A stretch of DNA of 64,000 bases, from NCBI RefSeq assembly GCF_009914755.1, contig NC_060935.1; one strand, 5' to 3'. The notes beneath the pieces were generated by a model. The model saw nothing but the letters and a program-made list of their open reading frames with translations. It did not search any database and was not told the DNA's origin. This stretch comes from the human T2T-CHM13v2.0 reference genome, Homo sapiens. Positions 11,621 through 25,549 of this stretch are shown piece after piece. Numbering within the stretch: the first letter of the stretch is position 1; each line of letters opens with the position of its first letter. The position numbers were made by a program, and so were the translations under genes.

Positions 11621-12106
11621 GACCCACACCTTTCAGGAATGAAGGTTTGGGTCACTCCACCAGGGAAAAAAAAAAAAAAAAAAAACACAACCTGCTGAAG
11701 TGCTTGCTGAAGGCAAAGGTAACCTAGAATGGGTAGTAAAAGAAGGTAGGCATCAATACCAGCTATGACCACGTGATCAGCTGCAGAAATGAGGACTGTA
11801 ACTGTCATGAGTATTTCCTCCTTCTTTTGTTAAAAACAAAAGAATGTATACACTAGTACTAGAAAATATCTTCATTTTATTTCCTTTTCCTCTATCATGT
11901 GATATAAGATTTATTGACTTCACGTCAGCATTTAAGTATTGTTAACTTTATGTAATAGTATTTGGGTTGGGGATTGGTGCATTTCTGGTTGTATGAAGGA
12001 TAGTTGTATTATGTTAGTGTAATTATGACCTTATTATTGTCTTTATTTGAAGATTATATATGATCTCAGGAGATGTGTAGGGGTTCAAGTTGACAAGGGG
12101 TGGACT

Positions 12107-12516
12107 TGTGATGTCAACTTGATTGGATTGAGAGATACAAAGTATTAATCCTGGGTGTGTCTTTGTGGGTGCTGCCAAAAGAGATTAACATTTGAGTCAG
12201 TGAGATGGGCAAGGTAGATCCACCCTTAATCTAGTGGGCACAATCTAATCAGCTTCCAGCAAATATAAAGCAGGCAAAAAAAAGGTGAAAAAAGGCAGAT
12301 GGGCCTAGCCTCTCCTACATCTTTCTCCCATGCTGGATTCTTCCTGCTCTTGAACATCAGACTCCAAGTTCTTCAGTTTTGGGATTCGGACTGGCTCTCC
12401 TTGCTCCTCAGCCTGCAGACAGCCTGGGATATGGTATATATATATCCCATATATATCATATATATATATGTATATCCTGTTAGTTCTGTCCTTCTAAGAG
12501 AACCCTGACTAATACA
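12107..12516 (+). mobile_element. 3' LTR (MLT2A1-like)
   Basis: Follows gacaaggggtggact; roughly 10% diverged from the 5' LTR by hand count; 14-bp deletion near its start and a deletion near 12425. Confidence 0.93.
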
Positions 12517-12559
12517 CACCATATTTGCTGTGAACCAATAATAATAATAATAATATGAA

Positions 12560-12810
12560 ATAACTATGTAATGCGGATATATAACTTACCAGGAACTATG
12601 CTGAGTGTGTTATATACATTATCTAATGTATTTCTCACATCAACTCTGGGAGAAATGTATTATTATGGCAGTTTTACTGGTGACGAATCTGACCAGTAAA
12701 ACTATGTATTTTAAGGCAAATTGTATCATTTGCCTTAAAATTATATCATTTGCCCTGAAATGCATAGCTAGTAAACAGCAGAGCTGAGATTCAAACCCAG
12801 GCTGGTCTTG
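12560..12810 (-). mobile_element. MIR with a rearranged core
   Basis: attattatggcagttttactggtgacgaatctga..atagctagtaaacagcagagctgagattcaaacccagg. Confidence 0.7.
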
Positions 12811-13078
12811 TTCCAAAGTTTATTTACTTACCTATGCCCTTCCATCTTGCTTTCCAATCTACCACAACCTAGGCCTAGAAGGGATGGCATATTGGGTCAG
12901 ACCATGGTTCTTCCCAGGAGGTTTCAAGTCTCTAAAGATCACCCCCAATGGTTATTTTCCGAAGAAGGTACTCTCATGGGGTGTATTCTCTAAGCAAAAT
13001 GCATGGAGCCTGCTCTGTCACCACTTACCTCCCTTATCAGCCATTCCGGCCAGTCTGGCCTTCTCTCCGGGTCCACTG

Positions 13079-13149
13079 AAGCCAAGATGGCGCCACTGCA
13101 CTCCAGCCTGGGCAACAGAGAGAGGCTCCATCTTGAAAAAAAAAAAAAA
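13079..13149 (+). mobile_element. Alu 3'-terminal fragment with A tail
   Basis: gccaagatggcgccactgcactccagcctgggcaacagagagaggctccatct followed by poly-A. Confidence 0.9.
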
Positions 13150-13179
13150 GAGAGAGAGAGAGATTAGGGGTATATATTA

Positions 13180-13408
13180 CAGGTAGAGAAAGACACTAGA
13201 CACATGCACCCATAGAGAGATGACCAGTTGGGCATACACCAAGAAAGTGACCATCTGCAAGCCAAGGACAGAGGCCTCAGAAGAAACTAAACCTGACAAC
13301 ATTATGATTTTTGACTTCTAGCCTCCAGAACTATGAGCAAATAAATTTCTGCTTTTAAACCACCCAGTCTGTGGTATTTTGTTATAGTAGCCCTAGCAAA
13401 CTAACACG
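13180..13408 (+). mobile_element. MLT1A/B-type MaLR LTR, 3' part
   Basis: ccatctgcaagccaagg..gaggcctcagaagaaac..gacttctagcctccagaact..aataaatttctg..gtggtattttgttatag..aaactaacac. Confidence 0.85.
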
Positions 13409-14814
13409 GTGCTCTTCTATGGAGAAGGACTTGTTGAAGGTCTGGCATGATGGAGAGACCAGCTGGGACGCTCACATGCACAGATCAGATGCAGCTGCTA
13501 CTACAAGTTATTTATTTATTATTTCCTCCCCTTTACCCAGAAAGCTCCAGTGCTCCTGAGGGGGTTGCATGGGGGTGAAGAGGAAGGGAGGTCTACAGGA
13601 ATAAATACAGAAGGCCAGCCTCCCTGTTTAAGGTGAGTGCAGGGTCAGCTCCTAGGAGATGAAATGGTATTTGCAGTGGAGAAGTTGTTTATCCTGAGGC
13701 ACCAAATGTTGTACTAGGCTGAACCAGGCAGTGGCGCCTCCAGCCTATCTTACCTTGGCTCAGACCAACTTGGGTCTGGGAGCATAGGCCCATGCTGCCA
13801 GCTCCCTGCCATCTCTGAGGCCCACATGCACAGCAGCAAAAGCAGGTAGACTAGAGGATAAAGCCCCAGCCAGGGACACCAATGATCAAAACATTCAGCT
13901 GGTTTCTTTTACATGATGTTGCCCAAGTGACTCACCTCTTTGTCATCATCTACTAAATGAGGTCCCCCTTCGTGTCTTCTTAGCTTGGTGTGACGGTAAG
14001 CATGATCATATCTCTGCAAGTGCTTTCAGAGGGCGCCCAAGGTCTCTGTAGTGCTGAGGACTATTGAAACTGTTGTGTTATTACTCTTTACAGGAAAGTG
14101 TGGTTAGAAAACTCAGAAAGATGACAGAAAAATCAAGAAGCAGACTGAGAAGACTTGGGGTCTTAGAGGCTGAAGAAACTCAGAAGGCCCAAAATGAAGT
14201 TGAACTTAGTTGTTATGGCCCAAGAACTGACTCTGGGTGGACAGAGGGGTCTCTACAGCCTTGAAATGTCATAGTCATTTACTCCTCCCCAGTTCCCACC
14301 CTCCAAAGAGTTCAGAGCTCTGTAAAGAGGGTAGAGGTTCATCTTGATTAGTCTCTGATTTTTAGAGAAAATAATCATTATCATGCCATGTTCTCTGTGA
14401 TGGCCACCTCAGATGGGATGCAGGTGGTGGAGTAGAGACAGGCTGGTGTACAGGAGAAGTGGAAGATGGAGTGATGGATAATAGGTGGTTCTAAAGGATG
14501 GATCCAAGACTAGCTTAGGATGCAACCACCATACAATACTGTTCTCCATCCAGAAACCTACCAGGGCCATCAAGCAAAACCTTTGGAAAAGAGAAGGCAC
14601 AGACAGAACAGTAAATTATAAAGAAGCTTGTTTTCTTGCAGTCAGGCTGGGACAAACTTCAGCAAGAAGAATAGTGAAATTCAACAAAGACAGATTTTCC
14701 CCACCCACTTCATGCCAAAGAAGGACAATCACATGCCTACCTCTCAGAAACTTTCTCTAGAAGGGGAGAAAAGAAGGGGAAAAGAGATCCCAAAATGGAA
14801 AACCATTTCAGCCT

Positions 14815-15550
<736 letters not shown>

Positions 15551-16554
15551 TAAGAAGGTAAAAAGCAGGCCAATATTTGACTATGGTTTGCCCAGGGCAG
15601 GGATCATCTCTCCTTGACAACTCTATTCATGACAACTGTAAAGCTTCCTGTTTTATAAGACTTTAGGGTTTAAGATCTTTAACCTTCATGGCCTCGTTAG
15701 GTATTCAGGTAGGTGATGTAGGTTTTAGGCATGATGGCAGGAAATGAGAACATGCTGATCACCTGCTACGTTCAGGCACTGCACTAAATGTTGTGGGGTT
15801 CAGAAGGGATATATGACATGCCCTGAAGGATCTTGCATTTTAACACTTTGCAGATGAGGGCACTGAAGCCCTAAGCAGCTGGGAACCTTGCCCAGGGACA
15901 CTCAAGTGAGAAGAGTTAGCTAAGAAGCAGAGCTCAGGTAGTCAATCTTCCTGTCCAATGAGTCCTCCACACACATGCTGTGTGTGGGTCCCATCTGAAC
16001 TGGATCATGACCAAGAGACAAAAAGGAAAGCAGGGAGGGAGCAAGGTAAAGAACAGGTATGCAAAGTTATATTCTACCCGATGACCCTCCTCCCCCGACA
16101 CACGCCAGCTAGAGCTCCAGGAGACATCCTCCGCATCTCTGGCTCCATTTCCAACCTGGCTTATAACTTTCTACTCTTGTCCCTTTTCCCCCACCTGTGG
16201 CTAGACTGTTATCTGTGAGGAGAAAATGATGAAGAGGCTTTCCCACATGAGGAGATGGGTTCTGAGCCTTTCGAGCTGATCCAGGGCTCCCCTTTCTTGA
16301 GTTATTTTGTAGAGACAATTGCTAAACACCTTCCAGAATCAAAGTTCTGTTTTAGAAGGAATCCCTGTCTTGCTGTACCCACCATATTGCAGCGGGTCTT
16401 GCAGGTGGCCAAGTCAGTAGAAAGCTCCATGATGATTGGCTCTTGTCCCCAGCCTCCATGGGTAGGTACAGCTGGGAATAGAAGAGAGACACAGATTAAG
16501 AAGCCTCAGGCTCTGCTTTCGGGGCAGTCAATGTGGTAGGAATACAAGCCCCCA

Positions 16555-16715
16555 CACGTATATCAGTGCTTCATTCCTTTTAATGGCTTTAGTATATTTT
16601 ATTGTACAGATATGCCACATTTTGTTTATCCATTCATCCGCTGATGGACATTTGAAATGTTTCCACTTTTTAGTTATTATGAATAATGCTACTATGAATA
16701 TTTACATTTTGGTGT
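16555..16715 (-). mobile_element. L1M fragment
   Basis: cttcattccttttaatggc..ccacattttgtttatccattcatc..gaataatgctactatgaa. Confidence 0.8.
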
Positions 16716-18019
16716 GCAGAGGAGTGCATACGACAGAGGCAATAAACTCATCTTACAGCTTTGCAATAGCCATAGCAAGACTGACAGGCAGCAAGGGGAA
16801 CTGGAGAGTTTGGTGGGCTGTCTGGGAAGGCCGCCTGGAGGAGGCAACTTTTGAACCACTCTTAAAAACTTCATTTTAATACAGGGAGAAGAAGGGCCAG
16901 GGTGAGGTGGGCTAATGGGTAGGGGGGGAAAGACAAAAAGAAGGTATTCTACGCAGGCTGAGAAATACCAGACTTCACTTGCAGAAGCTCGGGTATGGAT
17001 TGGAGTATCAGGTAGATCAAGGAAGAAGAACAAGAACTAATCTTTGGTGAGTGGACTTTGTGCTTCAGGTATGATTCCTACATGAGCCTCATTAGCTCAT
17101 TAACCTTATTCTAAAACTAAGCTTTCTATGGAAAGAGCTCAGGATCTGGTCAAACAGCCCTAAGTCCCCCATTTAGCACTTATGTGACTTTAACCCGAAT
17201 CTCAGTTTATTTGTATATAAAATGGAGAATATAGCAGTGACCATCCTCTACTCCATGACATGCCATGGTACAGAGTGCACATCTAAAACACAGAAGCAAT
17301 GCCAGAATAAAGGGACCTCCCACAAACCACTCAGGACTGTCTCCAGCATGCACCTTCCTCCAGCTCTGTTCTGTTCTGAGTGTTTTCAAGAGGAGTCCTT
17401 AGGAAGAGTCCTCTCTGAAACTCCTGAGCCTGCCCAGGAGAACCTAGAAGGCACCAAAAACACACTATCTGCCCAAGGGAAATAGATGGATCCCATTTAG
17501 CAGAAGAGCTCCTTAGCTAAACCACAGGAAAGCCTTGGCCACAGATCTCACAGAGACTTATCTAGGCTTGGGCAGGGGAAAGCGGTCTGCTTTTCAGGGC
17601 TGAAACACAACCTGCAGCACTGCTGCTGTCCCTGCTGCAGCACCCCCGGGCACGAGCTGTCTGGAAAGGCTGCTGCCCCACCAGCCACTCCAGACATGGC
17701 CCTTAAGCCTGAGCATGCTGGGGCCTGGGAGCCTCAGGGCACAGCATTTCCAGTCTCTGGCTGTAATCACAGCTAATTGAATGTCTGCTGATGCCAAAAT
17801 TGGCTCCTGATTGAATTCAGAACTTTTGTTTAATTAATTATCATCCACTTGAGTACTGCTGCTTCCCTCAGACCAGGTGGTTAACTGTTTCCTCTCTTCT
17901 GAGACTGTTGTCTTCCCCCTGAGCCCTAACACTTATACTAAAGAGTTAATCTGCTTCCGGGGAGATGCCTCACTCTGGTTGCAAAGAGGGTGAGGCAAAA
18001 TGTCAAGGAGTCAAGAAAG

Positions 18020-18155
18020 TGGAAAGGCACCCAAAATGGGAGAAAACATTTGCAAATCTGATAAAGGTCTAGTATCCGAGTACATAAAAAACGCTTACAT
18101 CTCAGCAATTTTTAAAACCCCAATTAAAAAACAAGCAAAAGATGCAAATAGACAT
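18020..18155 (+). mobile_element. L1M ORF2 3' fragment
   Basis: tgggagaaaacatttgcaaatctgataaaggtctagtatcc. Confidence 0.7.
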
Positions 18156-18158
18156 TAA

Positions 18159-18456
<298 letters not shown>

Positions 18457-18584
18457 ATTACTTTTAACTTTGCAAAAAGATCATTGTCTATGTTATATCT
18501 GGGGATTTAAGTTTTTCATTTATATTGAGAATATTCATTTGTATTGATGTGGTGGCAGTAGTGGTGAACTTTATAATTCATAGG

Positions 18585-19723
18585 CATCGGCGCACTGGCA
18601 AATTTTTACAAACCAGCTTTCCAGAAAATAAAATGTCAGCATATGTAAGTTTATTATCAATTTTATTGATAAAAAGAATGTGTTGCACAAATTTACAAAT
18701 AATAATATACAATCTTCTTTATTATGATTTTAATGTAGCCAATTGATTCTCACAGACTGCTTTTATTGATTTTTGCCAAACTTTTGTATCCATAGCCAAT
18801 CTCTGATTGCAGTTGAGTTAGCGTAGTTCTCACGAATAAGATGGAAGTAAAGCAATGAAGATAGATCTTAGACTTCACTTGTTTGTCAACAGCATGAAAA
18901 ATTTTATTGCTGAATTAGGTAATAGTTTTCAAATACGAGACACTATTTTCGTAATTTTTGTGCTATCCACAATGTAACAGCTATAGACATAATGCTTTTT
19001 TTTTTTTTTTTTTTTTGAGATGGAGTCTTGCACTGTCGCCAGGGCTGGAGTGCAATGGCGCGATCTCTGCCTGCCGGGTTCAAGTGATTCTCCTGCCTCA
19101 GCCTCCCAAGTAGCTGGGATTACGACCACCTGCCACCATATCCAGCTAATTTTTTGTACTTTTAGTAGAGATGGGATTTCACTATGTTGGCCAGGCTGGT
19201 CTCAAACTCCTGACCTCAGGTGATCTGCCCGCCTCAGCCTCCCAAAGTGCTGGGATTACAGGCATAAGCCACTGCTCCCGGCCGACATAATGCATTTTTA
19301 AGTTTAATCGCCATTACTAACATTTTCTCCATCATTTTCTTAAGTCTGACAATCATCCCGAAAAAGAAACAAACAAGCCTTGATTTGTAGTGTTTTTGCC
19401 CATTTTTCCAAAAATACTTCCACTGTGGCCAATTTCCTGCCATTAACATGACATCACTAAACACAGAGTTGAGATGAAGTATTCAGTAGAAATCATAATA
19501 CAGAATTTCCACCATATAGATCCAATATATATTAATAACCTCAAGAGCATAGAGAATGGTAAAATGTAGTAAAATAATTAGTGATGAGCTTTTAGTATTT
19601 ACTACTTTTGCTTTTAATATAATTTATTTCATTGTAAGCATATATAATTTGATTGTTAACAATTGCTGTGTTTAATAGCCAGTTCGCAGAATTTCTGGTA
19701 TGAGCCGGCTTCAGCACATCATT
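18585..19723. mobile_element. hAT DNA transposon relic (MER63-like), split by an Alu
   Basis: Degenerate ends gcactggcaaatttttacaaaccagctttcc and gagccggcttcagcacatcatt resemble MER63 termini. Confidence 0.6.
18996..19283 (-). mobile_element. AluS
   Basis: Antisense dimer; TSD gacataatgc at 18986 and 19284. Confidence 0.96.
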
Positions 19724-19974
19724 ACAGTTTACAGAATATAGAAATGGAATTGCGAGAGTTAGAGATGGGATGCACAGGACTCAAGGTCTGGGTGTGGTCA
19801 TTGATAAGACCCTGGGCTGTCTCCCTTTAGAGAGAAGGTGAGTCCTTCACTTTGTACGTGGGATAGTTTCATAATGGTAACAGGATATTTTTTGACAGGG
19901 AGAGGGTTAGTGAAAATATGAGAAGAATGTATATAAATCTTGGGTAGCCACAATAGTGGATCCATTTATAGGTG

Positions 19975-20490
19975 TGTACTGGCTTTGGCTACTCTTTATA
20001 CAAATACCCTTCCAATTTGGGGTGTAAGTCAGAAGTCTACCTGGGTGGCAGGCCCCTCACATCCACTTTAAAAGCCAAAAGAAGTCTCTGTCCCCTCAGT
20101 CTGCCCTTGGTCCTGCGGTCAGAATGTGCTGCCAGGGTTTGGCCAATCAGAACTCAACTTGCGTTGTGAATTTGCAGACAAAGTTTCAAAGACACAAATC
20201 ACTGGTGGCAGCAGTAGTGATGACAGAGCAGAGAGGAAGTGGTGGTGGCCACAGTCCCAGTGGTGACGGAGTCAGTGGTCACAAAAAATCTGACTGCTCC
20301 TGAGGCATAAGCTTTGCTGGGTCTTCAGCACCCCGGTTTCCACTGGCTCCTGCAAGATTGTGGAACCAAGGTTCCAAGCCTTTTCATCCACCCTGTCAAC
20401 TACCAGATATTTTTCCAGTACATTTGTTTTCTGCTTAAGTTAGCCAGAACCCACTTCTGGTTTTGCAACCATAAGCCCTGACTGATATAG
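19975..20490 (+). mobile_element. Old ERVL solo LTR (LTR33/LTR16-like)
   Basis: ggccaatcaga box and 3' end ttctgcttaagttagccaga..ttgcaaccataagccctgactgata. Confidence 0.6.
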
Positions 20491-20870
20491 AAATCTAGTG
20501 TGTATGTGGGGGTGGGGGAATTGCTGGATTGAAGGGAATGTGCATTTTTTACTTTTATTCACATTGTGAAATCAAGTACCAAAAAAGCCTTTACCAAGTT
20601 ATATTCCTACTAAAGTGTGGGAGAGCACCCCTTCTAAAACTGAGCACGATCAACCCTGTTACTCTTTGCCAAATTAAAAAGCAAAAGTGACATGTCATTT
20701 GGATTTGGATTTCCCTGATTATTAGTGAGGCTCAACATCACTTCATATGTTTTTTGCCCACAGTACTTGTATTCTCTTTATTATCTAAGTATGCCCTTCG
20801 TCATTGTTTCTTAGGTTATTTGATTTCTCTTGTTTGATTTATAGTAGCTATTTCCTTTGTCTGTCAGATA

Positions 20871-21208
20871 CAGTCAGCCTTCCATATTCATGGGTTCCAC
20901 ATCCATGAATTCAACTGACTTCAGATCAAAAACATTTCAGAAGATAATGCATTTGTACTGAACGTGCACAGCCTTTTTCTCCCTTGTCATTATTCCCTAA
21001 ACAATGCAGTCTAATAGCTATTTACATACCATTTACATTGTATTAGGTATTAGAAGTAATCTAGAGATGATTTAAAGTATACTGGAGGATGTACATAGGT
21101 TATATGCAAATACTGCCCCATTTTATATCAGGGACTTTAGCATCCATGGATTTTGGTATCCTTGGGAGGTCCTGGAACAATTCCCTCAAGGATACCAAGG
21201 GATGACTG
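20871..21208. mobile_element. Tigger3/Golem-derived non-autonomous element
   Basis: TA followed by cagtcagccttccatattcatggg, ending ggataccaagggatgactg (inverted termini); homologous to 41043-41380. Confidence 0.8.
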
Positions 21209-21627
21209 CATATTGAAAATATTTTCTCCCAGTCTCTTAACTTTATTTTTGATGTTTTTGTCATACTCAATAGTTTGAATGTTCCCATAGGTAAGCTATT
21301 GATTTCGTCTTGTTTTTGTTTTTTTGTTTTGTTTTGTTTTTGGCTTGTGGTTTTGTATCTTTCGTAGCAGAACCCTTTCTTTGCCAACTTTTTTTTTTTT
21401 CTGTTACAGAGTCTGAATTCAGGTGTCATGGGTTCAAATCTTGACGCTGCCTTTTGCTGGCTCCATGACTGTTTGTTCATCTGCAAAACAGAGACAATGA
21501 TAATGTGTAAAGCACTCGGCACTTTGCCTGGCATTTAGTGATCAAAATTTTGTATATTATTCTTATTGTTACTCAATATGTTTAATCCCTCTGGAATGCA
21601 TTTTTATGGGTGGCATTAGATAAAGGG

Positions 21628-22600
21628 TTATATTTGTTTCCTAAGGATGCTATAACAATGTGCCACAAACTGGATGAATTAAAAACACAGATTTATTCTC
21701 TCACAGTTCTGGAAGCTGGAAGTCTAAAATGAAGGTGTCAGCAGAGCTGTGCTCCCTCTGAGACCCTGGGCAGAATTCTTCCTTGCATCTTCCTAGGTTT
21801 CTGGTGATGCCCACCAATCCTTGGTCTCCTTGTCTTGCAGCTGTGTCTCCAATCTCTGCCTGTCATCACATGTCATTTTTTCTGTGTCTCTGTCATCGCA
21901 TGGTGGTTTTCTTCTTCTTAAAACAACACCAAGCATACTAGATCTGGGCTCAAATCACTGTATCACTCAGGGTTCTCCAGAGAAAGAGAACAATAGTATA
22001 TTGGTATATAACACTATATATAAAAAGAGGGAAATTATATATGTATATATATGTGTGTGTATGTGTGTGTATAATATGATATTTTCATTCATCATATTCT
22101 ACATAGAGAGAGAGAAATATTAGAGAGAGAGAGAAAGAGAAAGGAATTGGCTCAAGCAATTGTGGGGTCTGGTAAGTCCAAAATCTAGCAGACTGGAAAT
22201 TCAGGTAAGAGCTGATGTTGCAGTCCTAAGTCCAAAATCTGTAGACATATTGGCAGGCTGAAAACTCAGGGAGGATTTCTCTGTTACACTCTTGAGGCAG
22301 AATTCTTCTTTTCCAGAAAAATCTCAGTGTTTGCTCTTAAAACCTTCAACTGATTGGATGAGACCCACCCACATATGGACAGTAAACTGTTACACTTAAA
22401 GTCAACTGATGGCAATGTTAATCACGCCTACAAAATACCTTCACAGCAACACCTACACTGGTGTTTGAATAACTAACTGGGTAACAAAGCCTAACCAAGT
22501 TGACACATAAGATTAACCATCACAGTCACATTCACAGATATCAGGTTCATATCTTTTTCAACATGTACAGGTAGATTTTTTTTTAATTCAACTCATAACA
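21628..22600 (-). mobile_element. MLT1C/D-like LTR interrupted by an MLT2 LTR
   Basis: tttcctaaggatgctataacaatgtgccacaaactgg..tttattctctcacagttctggaagctgg; resumes gtcacattcacag..aattcaactcataaca. Confidence 0.75.
21959..22524 (-). mobile_element. MLT2 (ERVL) solo LTR
   Basis: tgtatcactcagggttctccagaga ... aagttgacacataagattaaccatcaca; TSD atcac/gtcac. Confidence 0.85.
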
Positions 22601-25076
22601 GTGGTCCACATTAATTTTATTTTCAAACAGACAGCTAGTTGTCCCAGCAATGGATATTGAAAAGCTGTTCCTACAGACTTGAAATGCTTACTCATGTCCA
22701 TGAACTAAATATCTATGTGCATCTCCTTCTCAGATCTATATTCTAGTCTAATAATGTATTTTCCTCGTGTCAATGCCATACTGTTTTATTTCCTATATCT
22801 CTATTGTATGTTTTAATAAGTTAATCTCTTTCTCTTTTTCAAAATTTTCTTGTCTATTCTTTCATATTTGTTTCTTTCAGATGAACTTGAGAATCAGTTT
22901 GTTTAGTCGCCTAAATATTTCCCACTGGAGAACTTCTATTTAAACATAGTGTGTTGACCAAATACTCCTATTTGTCTACTTCATAAAAATCCTACAAATA
23001 TGAAAGTGAAGTAGAATAAAAAGGTGTGCAAACACATCTAGATAATATAAGCTAGAGAGGAGTCAATAGTAGACTAGAAATTTTAGAACTGTTTTGAAGA
23101 CGGAAAGTAGGAGAAGAAGCAGTGACTAATGAGGCAGAGCAGGGAAAACGCAGCCTCGTTGCCTGAAGAGGTAACTGAGATGTGAAGGTTTCCCTGGAGA
23201 TGGGGTGGGGGTGGGGCAGAAGACTCAGAAGTAAAAGGCGGCGCAGTAGGTGGAGGTGTGGAGCTGCAAAGGGGATTGCAAGTTTCATCCTCTATTCCAA
23301 CCCTGGGGATACCTCAGAAGTAAATGGAAAAGTACAGATTTGAAGAACCTAAGACTGTGAGGAACCCTAGGGAGACAGAGGGTGGTTCTGATCTGAGGAT
23401 GGGGAGGAAAGAGCAGCTCAGAGCAGCAAAGCACCGGGCACCACTGTTGGGGGAAGGTCTCTGAGCTGTCTTTGTGCACCACACTATCCTGGGTGGATCG
23501 TGGCCCCCATCAGCCCCTACAGGATAGAGAAAACAACAGATCCAGCGGGCACCACAGAAGGAGTAGGAGAAGTGCCAAGGAAGCAACTGAAACTGAGCCA
23601 AAAAGCAGGAGACAGCAGGTGCAGGACACCAGCAAGCCCCTGGGAGCTCTCTTCTCCCCACGCTCTTCCACATTCATCGGGCTTGTCAGTTAGGAACAAG
23701 GGTCTCCTTCCCAGTAACAATTTAAGCCAAAAAGCTAATAACCCGCCCCCAGGGGAAAATGAACCCCCAAGCAAAAACCACCGGACATCTGAGAAACATC
23801 ACCGTTAGAAAGAAAACAAACTGTACAACCTATAGAAGATAAATTAGAACTAATGAAACCACACAGATTAATAATTTAAAATAAGTGTAATAAATAAGGA
23901 AAAGGAAAGATAATGGTAACATAAAGCAGTTATAAAGAAGAACCAAACAGAAACATTGGATGCCAAAAATTTAATAATTGAAACAAAGAATCCAATAAAT
24001 GACATAAATATTAAAAATGGATTCTGCTGGGATAAGTGAGCCAGATGACCAGGTTGATGGACTCTCCCAGAAGGCACTGAGAAAAGACAAACAGTTGGAA
24101 AATATAACAGAATTAGAAGCTGTGAAGAATAAAATAAAAGTGTCATCATCTGTGTAATAGGAAGTTTTGAAGAAAAAAATGAAGAAAGAGAAGTGTCAAA
24201 GAAAAAATAACCAAGGATTTTTTAGTATTAAAGAAAGATGAAAGACTTCAGACTGAAAGAGTTTATGGAATGTCTAATAAGATAAATATGATTTAAAACC
24301 TTGATACTTTATAAGGAAATTTAAAAACACAAAGTCAAAATTCTAAAAGCTGCTAAAGAAAAAGAGATGATTACCCATGAAGGAATAAGAATCTGATTGA
24401 TATCTAACTTCTGTTCAACAATGACAATAGAGGCAAAAAGACAGGTACATAATATTTTTAAAGTACTAAAGAACTTCAAGCCTCAAATCTATATTCAAAA
24501 AAATTAAATAAGAGGATGTCATAAAAATAATCTCAGGCACAAAAGGCCTAAGGAAGTTAACACGGAAAATTCTCTTCTAAAATATTCTCAAAGAATGTAT
24601 CCCAGTTAGAAGAGAAATAAATCCATGAGACTACCATGAGATAAAAAGGAAACAAGAGTGGATACATAATATAGAAAAGTTAATTCAAGTATACAACGGT
24701 AGAGAGAGAGGGAGAGGCAGAAGAAGGGGGAGAGAGAGAGAGAGAGACAGAGAGAATCCAAAACGACTAATGGGCAGTGAACAAATGGTGGCTGCAAAGA
24801 GATACCAGTGGAAAGTGAGAGTATTATTTTGTTATAGAGAATGATATAAATGCTATTGAGAATTGATGAGAAAAATAAACATAAATATGATTTTTAAAGT
24901 TAAACATAGCTACCGAGTATAGAGAATGGAATTCAAACTTTTCAAGCCCTCAGAAGAAAATTCTATTCAATGAAAGATGAGAAAGGAAAAAGGGAGAGGA
25001 AAGTAAAAGATATTTAAATATAAATTAGAAATAAGATGTCTGAAATAAATCCTAATACACAACTAATTACATAATT

Positions 25077-25549
25077 TGTTTTATGGATTGAATCATGTCT
25101 CCTCTAAAAAGATTTATTGATGTTCTAACCCTCCATGTCTCGTATTGTAACCTTATTTGGAATAGGGTTGTTGCAGAAGTAATTAGTTACATTAAGATGA
25201 AGTCATGCTGGAGTAGGGTGAGCCCCTAATCTAAGAGGACTGGTGTCCTTATAGGAAGAGGAAAATGCCACATGAAGAGAGAGAGAGATGCCCAAGGAGG
25301 TGTCATGCTGCAATGAGGGCAGAGATTGGAACTGTGCAGCTGCATGCCAAGGAACACCAAAGATTTCAGCAAACTACTGGAAGCTAGGAAAAAGCAAAGA
25401 ATTCCCCTAAATATTTCAGTGGGAGCATAGCCCTGCCAACACCTTATTTCAGATTTCTATCCTCCACAACTATGAGGCAATAAGCTACTGCTGTTTTAAG
25501 CTCCTCAGTGTGAACTATTTTGTCATGGCAGCCTTAGGAAACTAACACA
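25077..25549 (+). mobile_element. MLT1B/C solo LTR
   Basis: tgttttatggattgaatcatgtctcc..ccttatttggaataggg..gcagccttaggaaactaacaca. Confidence 0.88.

Larger units (their letters stand above)
8311..12516 (+). mobile_element. HERV-L provirus with MLT2A1-type LTRs, internally deleted
   Basis: Outer termini TG...CA, 5-bp TSD CACCA (8306-8310 and 12517-12521), tRNA-Leu PBS, pol and dUTPase remnants, purine-rich tract before the 3' LTR, no env. Confidence 0.96.
20515..22930 (-). mobile_element. Fragmented ancient L1 ORF2 3' region hosting later insertions
   Basis: Antisense L1 pieces: attgctggattgaagggaatgtgcattttt, ttccctgattattagtgagg, gaaaatattttctcccagtct, ttcagatgaacttgagaatcagtttg. Confidence 0.6.
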
